Assembly (NCBI RefSeq): GCF_009914755.1
Contig: NC_060929.1
Origin: the human T2T-CHM13v2.0 reference genome, Homo sapiens
Direction: 5' to 3' (one strand)
Length of the DNA stretch: 64,000 nt
The notes under the pieces were generated by a model that saw only the letters and a program-made list of their open reading frames with translations, made no database searches and was not told the origin of the DNA. Both the position numbers and the translations under genes were made by a program. Below, one piece after another: positions 27,032 to 40,457 of the stretch (its first letter is position 1; each line of letters starts with the position of its first letter).

Positions 27032-27214
27032 TTCTTTTATATTTTGTTTGTTTTAGAGATGAGTTCTCACTGTGTTGCCCAGGCTGGAGTGCAGTGGCTA
27101 TTCATAGGCATGATCATCACACACTACGGTCTTGAACTCCTGGGCTCAAGCGATCCTCCCACCTCAGCCTCCTGAGTAGCTGGGACTGTAGGCGTGTGCC
27201 CACCATGCCTGGCC
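27032..27214 (-). mobile_element. FAM (fossil Alu monomer)
   Basis: FAM-diagnostic gtggctattcataggcatgatc; TSD agcctcaggt. Confidence 0.85.
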
Positions 27215-27673
27215 TAGCCTCAGGTATTTTTATTGCATACATGAGTTGACCAGTACTCTGCCGTTTCCATGAGGGAGACCCACTGCAGATTTCTGGTGCT
27301 CTCTCTCTGGGCAGTAACCTTTTCTCTGCAATCTGCTCTAGAAACTCTGCTTTTGTCTCCCTTCCTGGAGTGGAAAATCTTAAGACAAAAAGGAGATCAT
27401 AGGTAGATATCAAGAAGAATCTAGTAGAAGAAATTTCTTACTCTCATATGCATCCACAGGCCAATGGAGATATTCAGCCCCAGAAAGTAAAAAGAAGCTT
27501 GCTTTCCAAATGATTCATCAGTTAGTGTTTTCTTTCAATGAATGGAAGATTTTAACACAAACAAGAGTTTGTAGGCAGACATTGAGAAGAAGCTCTATCT
27601 CCTCAATGTAGGGAGTCTGCTGGGATCTGCCTCAGTTCGCCTGCCCTGGGTTATGGTTGGGAAACTCTGTTAA

Positions 27674-28147
<474 letters not shown>

Positions 28148-28418
28148 TAATGGTTTCTTGGTTGTTTTCAATGGTAGGATAAATCAAGATTCTGTTACTT
28201 CATCTTGGCTAGAAGCAGAAATTCTTTAAGTTTTTATTGTGAGAATTTTCAAAGATACAGAGTCGTTAAAAGAATGATACAATGATTATTTGTATACTTA
28301 GCACCTGGATTCAGGAACTGTGTGTGTGAGTGTGTGTGTGTGTGTGTGTGTGCACGCCTGCCATGTTTATATATTTGCTGGACCATTTGAAACTAAATTG
28401 TAGAGGTATCAGGACATT

Positions 28419-28828
28419 TCACCACTAAATCACTAAACACATTGGCCTGAAACTCCTAAAAATAAGGACAGTCTCCTGCATAATCACACCACCAGTATCA
28501 CACCTAAGAAGATGAAATCATTCCCTTTATCATCTGTATTAGTTATCTGCTGCTGGGTAACAAAATACTCCAAAACATAGCATTTAACACCACAAATATT
28601 TTTTATCTCACAGTGCTCGACGGTTAGAAATCTGAAAGCAGCTTAGCTGGATGGTTCTGGCTCAGAGTCTCTCATGAGGTTGCAATAAAGCTTCCAGCTG
28701 AAGCAGACGTCTCCAGGCTTGTTCAGTGGCTGATGTCTGGAAGCCTGAGGTTCTTTCTCCATTGCCCGATCTAGTCTACCTGAGCATTGTCACAACGTGG
28801 CAGATGCCTTCACCCAAAGCAAAGGATC

Positions 28829-28837
<9 letters not shown>
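28419..28837 (+). repeat. Dispersed direct duplication, copy 1 (probable donor)
   Basis: Matches 32997-33414 apart from 3 differences seen by eye. Confidence 0.95.
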
Positions 28838-28876
<39 letters not shown>

Positions 28877-29072
28877 AGAGCGAGAGAGAGAGAGAGCAAG
28901 TACCCAAGACGGAAGCTGTAGTCTTTTATAACCATTCACAGCAGTGACTTACCATCACTTCTGCAGTATGGTATTAGACACATAGACCAATCCTAGTGTA
29001 ATGCAGGAAGGACTATGTATGAGTGTGGGGGTGGGGATCACTATGGCCCATCTTGGAGGCTGGCTACCTCAC
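28535..29072 (-). mobile_element. MaLR LTR (MLT1F/G-like) carrying a (TG)n(GA)n tract, inside an L1ME fragment
   Basis: tgtattagttatctgctgct ... ggaggctggctacctca; microsatellite 28831-28897. Confidence 0.65.
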
Positions 29073-31548
29073 CATTTAATATCTGATTCATCTTCAAATT
29101 TCTCCAAATGGCCTAAAAAAAAAAAAAAACACAGAAAAACCAAAAACCAGGATCCATTGCATTTGGCTGTTGTATCTCTTTGGTCTTTCTAATCTATGAC
29201 ATTGGCTTTTTGAAAAGGCCAGTCTTCTAGAACGTCCCACAGTCTAGGCTTGCTGATTATTTCCTCACTTGACTTGTTCCTCTATCCCCTGTATTTCCTA
29301 TGGATTGAAAGTTTAGTCTACAGGCCTTTTAAATTCAGGTTAAACATCCTGCCAGGGAGATATCATAGCCAAAGCTATGTACTTCACCCGGAGGCATATG
29401 TCAGGAGGGATTGCTATTGGCGACGCTGTTTGATCATTTGGTTCCAACTGCTTCTTAAACAGACTTTCAACCAGACTACCTGCTTTAAGTCCCATCTTCA
29501 TGCCTCTTTCAGAGGTATTTGGTGCCTTCAATTCCTGAGGCCTTCTGGAGACTTGCAGTGCTAATCGGCCAGCTTCTGAGCTTCCCCACTAGTAGCCTAG
29601 GTTTCTGCTTCCTCTGGTCTGCTAAAACAGTTATTATCCATCTAGTTTCATTAGTTTTGTTGCTCTCATCTCCTCTTCTCACTGGAACCCTCTGAATACC
29701 TCCTCTAGGCATCTGTTCAGCTATGACTACATGGTTCAAATATTTTAAAGAAAGCTGCCTTTGGTTATATATCTTTTCATAGTTCCTGTTTAGAGATCAC
29801 TGTCCTTTGGTTTTGTCCCAAACCAAACAAAACCCACATGTTGACTCTCATTTTGATGAACTCCATGGGGTGGCCCTCATTCTTGGGTCAGGGTAGCAGT
29901 TTCCAGATTCACTTACTAAGATCTACAAAGGATTAGTAAGTAGCCCTGTGAGGAAGGAATTTGAGGCTCCATTTTAGAGATGCAGAAATGGATAAGGTCA
30001 AGTCTCAATGTCAGTACATGGCAGAATCCAGATTTGGAACAAGATCTGCTTGCCTCAAAGTCTTTGCACCAGAGTGTAGTTGCAGTGAATATCACTTTAA
30101 ATAAATGGAAGCCACTTATTAGAGGTGTTAATCTCTCTCCAGGTAACAGGAATTTATGATTGAGCCATGAATTTGTGTCTTACTAACTTTGTGCTCTTGG
30201 ATGAGTTTCTTTGCCTCTTGGAGCCTTAGTTTTTTCAACTATGATGTGAGTTGATAGTACGTAACTCACAGAGGTTTCTTATGGGCTAAAGAAGATGCTG
30301 CTGCTTGCGAACGGGTTTCATGTAGCATTCTAAGGATATAAAATACAGAAGCTGACTCCCATGCCTATTGATTCCAGCCTGGAGATGGACATAAATACTA
30401 CTGTGGGGACTGTGGGGGCTAGAGGCCACATGCTAGTTGCCATTGAAAAGGATGGGGGCAGCTGCAGTTCCAGCTCTTCCAACACGTGAGAACTTGAGCT
30501 CGGGATATAGATCTGATTTTCCAAGAGGAGCCAAAAGCCTCAATTTGTTTATGAACTCTCCTGATTGTTAAATGTTGGCATTTAATTGAAACAGAAATCG
30601 TGGGGACTACACAAAGTTTTTGGCTGCAGGTGACAGTTTTGGCAGCAAAGCTCCCATGGTGCCAGGCTCTGTGCTAGGGTGGCTGGGGACAAAGGCAAGT
30701 CAGTCGGTCCTCCCTGGGAGGCTGCGATCCAGGAGAGCAGCCTTCCATGGAAAAGGGGCACTATAATAGGATTTAGTGAAATGGGATTTGACCCACATTA
30801 TCCTTGAGCTCCTTAGGCGTGGACCTGCAGAACGCTTTTTGTAGCTGAAATTGAAAAAGTAAAACAATTTGCAGCAGGCAGAGCGAATGTCTTGGGAAAC
30901 GTTTCTAGGGCTTTCATGTTTCCTGAGGGCTTCCCCTATCTCATTTGAGTTATTCCATTAAATGAGCAATAATCCTATTTTCCTGGGCAGGGGGCACTAA
31001 GGCTGATAGAAAATAAGGGTCTGAGAGTCATACAAGCTGGGAAAAGGGAGAGGCCAGCCTGGGACCCAGGCTCAGGTAGGGAAGGGGAATTGGGGCCTGA
31101 CAATATTTGAACCCCTAATGTTCGTACTGATCTCATTGGATCTTCCAGGCAACCATGTAAGGTCAATCTTATCCTCACTTTATAGCATTAACTGAGGCTC
31201 AGAGGGATGAAATGACTATTCAAAGACACAAACCCAAGACACTCAGGAAGGTACAAAAATGTCCATGCGCTCCTGAAATCATCTGCAAAATGTTTTATGT
31301 TTGTACTTGTATCCATTTCCCAGGGTAAGGAGCTTAAAACTTTCAAAGGATTCTCCAAGGGGTCAGTGATTCTCAAAGATTAAGAGCCACTAATTTAAGC
31401 CAAGGCTATTCTGATTCCAAAGCCTGTTCTCTGAGGCCCCCTGTGCCAGACTCTGGTTAAGAGAACGTTCTTTAAAGTCAAACTCATATAAAACCCAGAT
31501 CGTACTAGCTGTGAGACCTTGTTTCCTCATCTATAAAATAGGGATTCA

Positions 31549-31714
31549 GCCAGGCGTGGTGGCACACACTTTTAGTCCCAGCTGCTTGGAAGGCTGAGGT
31601 GGGAGGATGGCTTGAGCCCAGGAGGCAAGGCTGCAGTGAGCTGTGATTGTGCCACTGCACTCCAGCCTGGGTGATAGAACGAGACCCCGCCTCTTTAAAA
31701 AAAAAAAAAAAAAA
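31549..31714 (+). mobile_element. FRAM (free right Alu monomer)
   Basis: Single right-arm monomer, A tail, TSD ggattca. Confidence 0.85.
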
Positions 31715-31826
31715 GGATTCATTTATTTCACAAATGCTTTATTGAGCTCCTGGCTCTGATTCAGACACCATTCTAGGTGCTTCGGACACAGCAATGAATT
31801 AAACAGTGTCTCTGCTGTCATTATTC

Positions 31827-32120
31827 TTTTTTTTTTGAGATGGAGTTTTGCTCTTGTTGCCCAGGCTGGAAAGTGCTATGATGCGATCTCGACTCATCAC
31901 AACCTCCGCCTCCTGGGTTCCAGTGATTCTTCTGCCTCAGCCTCCTGAGTAGCTGGGATTACAGGCATGGGCCGCCACACCCAGCTAATTTTGTATTTTT
32001 AGTAGAGATGGGGTTTCTCCGTGTTGGTCAGGCTGGTCTCAAACTCCCAACCTCAGGTGATCTGCCCACCTCAGCCTCCCAAAGTGCTGGGATTACAGGC
32101 ATGAGCCACCGTGCCCAGCC
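31827..32120 (-). mobile_element. AluSp-like
   Basis: ttttgctcttgttgcc and ggtttctcc diagnostics; TSD ctgtcattatt. Confidence 0.9.
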
Positions 32121-32996
32121 CTGTCATTATTATATTCTGTGGGAGGATAAAGACAACAAGCAAGCAGATATTTGTGACATGGTGGTAAGTGGTACGGAGG
32201 GAAATGAAGGGGTCAGTGGGGTGGGGCATGCTTCAGGGCTGGGGCTGCGTATTTTAGTGTATTCACAGAGTTGTACCGTCATCACCACTGTCCATTTTAA
32301 AGCATATTGATTACCTCAAAAAGAAACCCCATTCTTTTAGGCATTACCCAAGCCCCATAATAACCCCTCCACTTCTGCCCTAAGAAACTACTTATTTCTG
32401 TCTCTCCATGGATTAGCCTATTCTGGATGTCTCATAAAATGCAATCATGTAATCTGTAGTCTTTTGTGACTTGAAGCTTCTTCGTATAGTCTGGGTATAA
32501 GAGTTTTAAAAATCTGATAGACAGTTTGCAAATATGTTCTCTCAAGTCTGTGGGTTTTGATTTCCTTCTCTTAGCAACATCTTTTGAAGAGCAGGATTTT
32601 GACGAAGTCGAATTTATCAACTTTTTCTTTCATGGGTCATTCTTCTAGTGTTATAGCTAAAAAAAAACTCTGCCTAATCTATGATCACAAAGATTTCCCC
32701 CTATGTCTATGTCTTCCTTTAAAGGTATTTTTTTCTAAAGAGAGACCAGAAATCTGTTTTCTATGTGCGACGTCTCAATTTGTAAGATTAAAACGAAACA
32801 CATTAAAAAAGCAAACAGACATGTATATGGGCTAGAAAAGGGCCATAGACTATCAGTTCTCATATATTAGTTTATATTGCATGCAAAATTGCTTATATTT
32901 GGCCATTTTTGATCTATAAAAACAGCAGTTTCATGCTAATGGCCTTTGTAGGTTAAGTTGTAGGTAATCCAAGTGAGTCACAGGTGTGCATGGGTA

Positions 32997-33414
32997 TCAC
33001 CACTAAATCACTAAACACATTGGCCTGAAACTCCTAAAAATAAGGACAGTCTCCTGCATAATCACACCACCAGTATCACACCTAAGAAGATGAAATCATT
33101 CCCTTTATCATCTGTATTAGTTATCTGCTGCTGGGTAACAAAATACTCCAAAACATAGCATTTAACACCACAAATATTTTTATCTCACAGTGCTCGATGG
33201 TTAGAAATCTGAAAGCAGCTTAGCTGGATGGTTCTGGCTCAGAGTCTCTCATGAGGTTGCAATAAAGCTTCCAGCTGAAGCAGACATCTCCAGGCTTGTT
33301 CAGTGGCTGATGTCTGGAAGCCTGAGGTTCTTTCTCCATTGCCCGATCTAGTCTACCTGAGCATTGTCACAACGTGGCAGATGCCTTCACCCAAAGCAAA
33401 GGATCTTTGTGTGT
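32997..33414 (+). repeat. Dispersed direct duplication, copy 2 (probable derivative)
   Basis: Near-identical to 28419-28837 with unrelated flanks. Confidence 0.95.
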
Positions 33415-33989
33415 TTGTGTGTGGTCTGTTTGTTTATTTGTTTTCTGGTCGAGGCCCTTGGGTTTGCTGAGCCTTCCCTATTATAGATGAAAAGACCAAG
33501 GCCTAATGAGGGGAAACGTCTTGCCTGAGGACACCCAGCCATTCTCTGCTTAGATGCATATGCATTATGAACCCCAAAGGTCCTCTGGCACTGTGCGCTC
33601 CAGAACAGAGCCCTCCGCAAACACTGTATTTGAGCTTCACATTTGAAATATGGATTTGAGCATTGTAATAAACAGAACAAAAACCCTTGGATATATTGCA
33701 TACTAAATGTTAGCATCTGGAGATGGCCAGCACAGTTTCTTCTGCCATTAACTCAGTTGTCAGTAAGTTTGACACTGAAGTTTGTCCTGCTATCTCTGTA
33801 CAAGTAAAGAGGACCCTAAAAATTGCAAGCAAAGCAAGGTTCTAAATACTGCTAGGATTTTCAACTCCTATTACTTGTTGACCTGGGATTTTCTTAATAT
33901 ATTTGCAACTTTAAAAAGTTTAAAAGTTTTGAAGCTTAAAGTCAGTGCTGAGGTTGAGACATGACTAAATCTGTCATCCATGATATCTA

Positions 33990-34265
33990 ATTTCTTTGTT
34001 TGTTTGTTTGTTTGTTTTTTCAGACAGAGTCTCGTTCTGTCACCCAGCCTGGTGTGCAATGGTTCACGCCATTCTCCTGCCTCAGCCTCCCGAGTAGCTG
34101 GGATTACAGGTGCCCGCCACCACGCCCAGCTAATTTTTGTATGTTCGGTAGAGACGGGGTTTCACCATGTTGGCCAGGCTGGTCTCAAACTCCTGACCTC
34201 AAGCGACCCACCCGCCTCGGCCTCCCAGAGTTTTGCGATTACAGGCGTGAGCCACCACGCCCAGC
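33990..34265 (-). mobile_element. AluS with internal deletion
   Basis: Antisense dimer, (GTTT)n tail. Confidence 0.9.
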
Positions 34266-34379
34266 GGAATTTCTTATTCTTTTTGATCTATCAAAACAAC
34301 CTCATTGTTCTCAATGACTGACCTTATAATAAGTAAATGTTATAGAACATACAGTGTCATTTTCCTTTTCCAGTAGAGG

Positions 34380-34700
34380 AAGATTACATTTCCCAGAGTT
34401 TCTTGCCTTTGAATAGAGGCCTGTGACTGGATGCTGAGGGCCCCTGGGATGTGGGCAGGCATGGAGTTTGTGGCTTCTTCCCCTTACACAGAGGCCAGAG
34501 CTGTATCATGGCAGAACCACAGATGGTGGGAGGGTGGGTCTCTGGACCACTGGTTGAGGGGTAGAGAAGATCTGTTAAGAAGAGTTCCCTGACCTGCACC
34601 GAACAGTGACAGGAGCAAGAAGCAAACCTTTGTGTGTTAAGCCACTGAGATATTGGGGTTTATTTATTACAGCAGATTCTGGTCTATCCTGACTAATACT
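34380..34700 (+). mobile_element. MaLR LTR (MLT1-type)
   Basis: 3' end aagccactgagat ... ttattacagcag ... cctgactaatac. Confidence 0.6.
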
Positions 34701-34722
34701 GGATCAAACAAATAACATTTCT

Positions 34723-35470
34723 TGCAAATCAAAACCACAATGAGATACCATCTCACGCCAGTTAGGAAGGAGGTTATTAAAAAGTCAGGAAACAACAGAT
34801 GCTGGCGAGGCTTTGGAGAAATAGGAACACTTTTACGCTATTGGTGGGAGTGTAAATTAGTACAACCATTGTGGAAGACAGTATGGTGATTCCTCAAGGA
34901 TCTAGAACCAGAAATACCATTTGACCCAGCAATCCCATTACTGGGTATATACCCAAAGGATGATAAAGCATTCTACTATAAAGACACATGCACAGGTATG
35001 TTTATTGCAGCACTATTTACAGTAGCAAAGACTTGGAACCAACCCAAATGCCCATCAATGATGGATTGGATAAAGAAAATGTGGCACATACACACCATGG
35101 AATACTGTGCAGCCATAAAAAATGAGTTCATGTCCTTTGCAGGGACATGGATAGAGCTGGAAACCATCATCCTCAGCAAACTAACACAGGAACAGAAAAC
35201 CAAGCACCGCATGTTCTCACTCATAAGTGGGAGTTGAGCAATGAGGACACATGGACACAGGGAGGGGAACATCACACACCGGGGCCTGTTGGGGGGTGAG
35301 GGGCCAGGGGAGGGATAGCATTAGGACAAATACCTAATGCATGCGGGGCTTAAAACCTAGATGATGGGTTGGTAGGTGTAGCAAACCACCATGACACATG
35401 TATACCTATGTAACAAACCTGCATGTTCTGCACATGTATCCCAGAGCATAAAGTAAAATAAAAATTAAAC
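34723..35470 (+). mobile_element. 5'-truncated L1PA (about PA6-PA8)
   Basis: ORF2 C-terminus (MFIAALFTVAKTWNQPKCPS..KHRMFSLISGS), 3' UTR, A-rich tail; TSD acaa(a/g)taacatttct at 34708-34722 and 35471-35485. Confidence 0.95.
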
Positions 35471-35687
35471 ACAAGTAACATTTCTAATAAAACACAGCTC
35501 TTATCTGTTCTATGTTTTGGGTTCCATGTATTGTTTATTGAAAAGTAAAAAAGTTTTCTGCTACAAAAGGTATCAAAATCAGCAATTGAGTTTGAAGTCA
35601 GAATCTTACAGGTAGGGAACTCAAGGGCTGGAGAGGAGAAATAATTTGTCCAGGGTCACATAGCTGAGGCAGGGCTAAAATCTCGCA

Positions 35688-36160
35688 GAGGGACATCTGT
35701 AGTTTTATCCTGTCCTTTCTTTTGGTAACAGCAGCTGAATTTCCTCATCTTCCTGCTCAGGCCACATGCTTCATATGGGACTCATTCTCATCCCTCAGCT
35801 CCAGGCCTGGTGAATCTATATCGTCTATCACCCAAGCCTCAGTGATTAGCTTGAGGATGGATGCATGACCCAGTCCAGACCAATCACAGCGAATCCCTGG
35901 ATTTTTGCTGGAGCTGCTCTCCGTGGATAGTTGAATCAATAGGATATAAGTCTGGAGCTCCTGGGTGCTATCTCAGTATCTCTAGGTTGAGAATGCAGCT
36001 AACACAGAGGAAAGCAGAGCTGAAATGTGGAGAGAGCCCGACGATGCTTGATGGTGTTTGAGCACCTGGATCCAGCCATGCCTGAAGTTGGAACTTTTAG
36101 TTACATGAACCAATAAGTTCCCTTTTGGTTTATGTCAGTTTTGATTGGTATTCTGACTTA
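35688..36160 (+). mobile_element. MaLR LTR, MLT1K-like
   Basis: ggacatctgtag ... ccaatcacag ... gagcacctggatccagccatgcctgaag. Confidence 0.65.
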
Positions 36161-36399
36161 CACATACGGTTTTGTGCTTTTTTTCACCAAGGGACAGGAA
36201 TTACTGTATTTTTCTGTTTTACTGATAAGGAAATGGAGGCTCAGTCCATTTGTAATCAGATGCTTCAAGTCTCACCAGATTCAAGGCTTGATGACCTCTC
36301 TTTTGTGTTGGGAATGCCCCACACAGGAACTCTTGTTTGCTTCTGCCCCCTGCTTCCGTGCAGACACACTCTATCCTGTTTCACAAGGGGGTGGTAAAC

Positions 36400-37150
36400 C
36401 ACTACAGAGTAGGTACGAAAACATCGCTGAAATGAAATAAGGAAAGAATACCCCTTTAAAGAAACGGTGTAAAGTGTATAATGAGGCGATTCATCAAAAA
36501 ATGCAAATGACTTAGCCCTAAAAGATACCAACTTCACTAATAATTAAGAAATACAAATAAAACAGCTATCATCTTTCACTCATGAGTTTGTCAAAGAGCT
36601 AAAGGTTTCCTGACAGCTGAGGGCAGGGAAATAGTCTCTTTCCTGGGCTGAGGCAGTAGGAGGGGAAGGGGCACAGCCTCTTTGGAGGGCACTGTGGCAA
36701 TGTCTGTGAAATGTAAACAGTGTACAAGCCATTTGCCCTCCAGTTTGGAATGTATTCTACAAAGAAACTCCAACAAATACGCAGAGATGCAAGTAAAAGA
36801 CTGTCCAGTAGAGAATTATTTTTAATAGCAAAAACCAAAACCAAAACAAAGAAAACAAAACAAAACTGGAAACAAATGCCCACCAAAATGGGTCTACACG
36901 AACCCCAGTACATCCAAGACATGGAAGATATTTTAGCTGCAAAAAAGAATGAGGTAGCCCCAGATGTGTGGGGGTGGAAAGGTGCCCAGGGTATACCATG
37001 TCGTTAGGGGAGAACCGGATGTGTGATATGATGCTATTTATGCTGAAAATGAAATCTTACCAGAGTTAAGATGAAGATAAGTTGTGAAGTAGAATTAGGG
37101 GGTCAGGGGACTTCTGTTTTCAATGAATTAATCTTTACAATTTGATTTTT
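36400..37150 (+). mobile_element. Old L1ME-type 3' fragment
   Basis: Diverged ORF2-end and 3' UTR motifs (aactggaaacaaatgcccacc, gcaaaaaagaatgagg). Confidence 0.55.
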
Positions 37151-38570
37151 TAAAATTATGAAAATAAGCACCTTACTATTTGTTTACTCATTTGAATACC
37201 CAATAATGCACAAAAATTCAGAAGGCACAAGGTGGAGATGTATAATTCTGCAGGTCTCTCAACTATCTGATACAGAATTAATTTATTCCCGGCATGCATT
37301 TAGTGTATTTAGAAGAAGGAGGAGAAGTGAGTGAGAAAGGGTGGGGGACACAGGCAGCGGCTGCTCTGCGGTCGGCAGCTGTGGTCAGGTGTGGAGGTGG
37401 GCTGCCCTTTTTGGGGTCACTCTATCCTTGGTTTCCTGGCATCAGGCCTTCCTAACCCCGCTGGAGCAGTAGTGAAGGACTTTGGTGATGCCCTGCCCAT
37501 GGCTCCTGGCTGTGGTTCTTCTTGGTCTGGGTCCCACATCTCAGGGCTACAGGCAGTGAGGCGCTGGAATCCCCCAGGACTGTCCCGCTTCTTGCCAGCT
37601 CCCCTCCAGCCAGGCCTGCCTGGCGGATGCCCAAACACTCATCAGGCAAGACAGGTCTGTAGGCAAATATTGATCCCTGTGCGGCTGCGGGCGGTGAGGG
37701 GGCAGCAGGTGTGGCACAGAGTCCTGTTTACCTGCTGCTGAGCCTGGCGGGCGCTGCCTATTTGCTGAGCTCCCTTCCCAGCCTGGCTCAGGTGAGGCGA
37801 GCTCTGCCCTCTTTCTCCCTCCCTCCTCCCTCTGCTGTGCTGTTCAAGGGGGCTAGTCATTCTTCCCACCTCTTTGCTGGGCTGACTGCTGCTCGTTCTT
37901 GTGTCTCAGCTTCCACACTCCCTCTTCAGGGCCTCCCTGTCTACCCTCACTCCAGAGTGGCCGTTGCCGCGGCCCACAGTTCCCCACCTACCAGGTTAGT
38001 GTTGCTCTTCTCTGCTAGATGCCAGATGAGCAGAGACGGGGACAGTTTTGCTCACCACTATTTCTCCAGCCCCTCCGTTAGGGCCTGGCACTCGGGAGGT
38101 GCTCCTCAAGTATTTGAGTGTCAGCCTGAATGAAGGCAGGCAGAGAGCCCTGCATGGGCAAAGGCACAGAGGTGTGACAGAGGGTAGTGAGGGGAGGGGG
38201 GCGGTGACGATGTATGGTGGGGAGCGGCAGGACAGGAGGCTGGAAAGTGAGGTGGGGTACTGAGCACCTCCCTGTCCTCCCCTTACTCTGAAAGCCTTTG
38301 AATGCCACATCTGGGAGTTCAGATTTTATCTGGTCAGAAATGGGAAATTGTTGGGTAAAGAAAATGCAAATAATACAACCAATGAGAGAATGACAAGCCA
38401 GATCCTTCATGCTGAATGGTAAATTCTGAAGTTCCTACAGTGGCCTGTGAGGCCCTGTAGCATCTGCTGCCCACCACACCCCTTCCCCACCTCCTTCCCC
38501 TACTCGCTGCAGCCACACTGGCCTGCTTGCTGTTTCCTGAACTTCACAGGTATAATTCAGCCTCAGGGCC

Positions 38571-38917
38571 TGCTGTGGTCCAACTGTGTCCTTCTGAATC
38601 TATGTTGAAACCTAATCCCCAGTGTGAGGGTATTAGGAAGGGGGCCTTTGGGAGGTGAGTAGGTCATGAGGGTGGAGCCCTCACAAATGGAATTAGTGCC
38701 CTCATCAAAGAGGCCCACCTTGTCCTTTCCACTGTGTGGGGACATGGTGAGAAAGTGCCATCTGGGAACCAGAAAGCAAGCTGTCTGTCATTAGACACCG
38801 AATCTGCTGGTGCCCTGATCTTGGACTTCGCAGCTTCCAGAATGGTTAGAAGTCAATTACTTGTTTATAAGCTTCCCATTTTATGGTATTTTGTTAGAGC
38901 AGCCCCAACAGACTAAG
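38571..38917 (+). mobile_element. MLT1A-type MaLR LTR inserted in L2
   Basis: tatgttgaaacctaatcccc ... gggcctttgggaggtg ... gcagccccaacagactaag. Confidence 0.8.
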
Positions 38918-40000
38918 GGCCTTTGCACTTGCTGTTTCTCTGCCCAGATGCTTTTCCCTTGGATATCATGGTTTATCTCCTTTCTTTGTTTGAACCTTAG
39001 CCTCCTATGGCACCTTACCAGAGAGGCCTTCCATGACACCATGAACAAAGGAGCGTCACCCCACGCCCCCATGCCCTGATCCTGCTTTATTTTCCTCTCT
39101 AGTATTTGTGTCTGTTTACTTGTCTAGTGTATGTCTTTTCCCCAGGGATGTCAGCTCTAAGAAGGCAGGAATATGTCATTTCTCTGGTTCCCTGCTGTGT
39201 CCTCTGAGCCCAGAACATGTACCTTTAGGCTCAATAAATGCTTGTAGAATAAATGAATGAATGACTGTGTAGTATTAAGCTAAGCCACCCCAGTCCTGGA
39301 ATGATGTTAACTGTTGCTCACATGCTCTGTCCTGTTGCCAGATCCCACACACAGCTTTGAGCTCCTTTGCTCTGCACATCAGCCAGGTGGGGAGTGCAGG
39401 TCAACATTATTATCTGCCTTAAAAAATAATTATCAATGGCAAAAAACATCATGATCACCTGGACAGAAACCAAAATGAAATGCCTGCAGGCTCCTGACTT
39501 GAGCAAATCAATTTCTAAAATATGATGTGCAGGAATTGTGACAAAGAGGATGGAGTCTGCATTTCGAGACAGGTTTTCCCTGTGTTCAATTCCCAGCTCA
39601 GCTATTTACTTGCTCTGTGACCTGGGACCATTCAGGCCCCTTCTGTGAGCCTCAGCTATCCCTTCTTTCAATGGAGATAATTATTCCCTTGAAGAGATCT
39701 AGTGAAGAAGGCATTTGGACATAGGCATTTCCTGGGCTGCACCATCTACTGTGTATCCTTTTTGGTGCCTGCATAATATTCCACCAAGTAGAGTCACAGG
39801 CTTTGTTTAATCAGGTGGCTATTTCCAGACGTGGTAACAATAGCCTCTATTTACTGATCCTGCTAAGCGCCAGGCCAAGCACTGCACCTTCCTCATTTCT
39901 CCTTCAGTCCTCACTGCAGCCCCATCAGGTGGGTGCTGTTAATATTTCCATTTTGCACATGAGGTTAGGCAGCTTGCCCAAGGCCACGCAGCCCCACTAA

Positions 40001-40457
<457 letters not shown>

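Noticed and set aside
27032-27214. 7SL RNA pseudogene
   Set aside because: S domain absent; length and diagnostic segment fit a FAM monomer
34998-35237. L1 ORF2-like peptides here and at 19715-19918, 9610-9980 and 53293-53691
   Set aside because: Fragments of truncated or decayed L1s, not host genes or active elements
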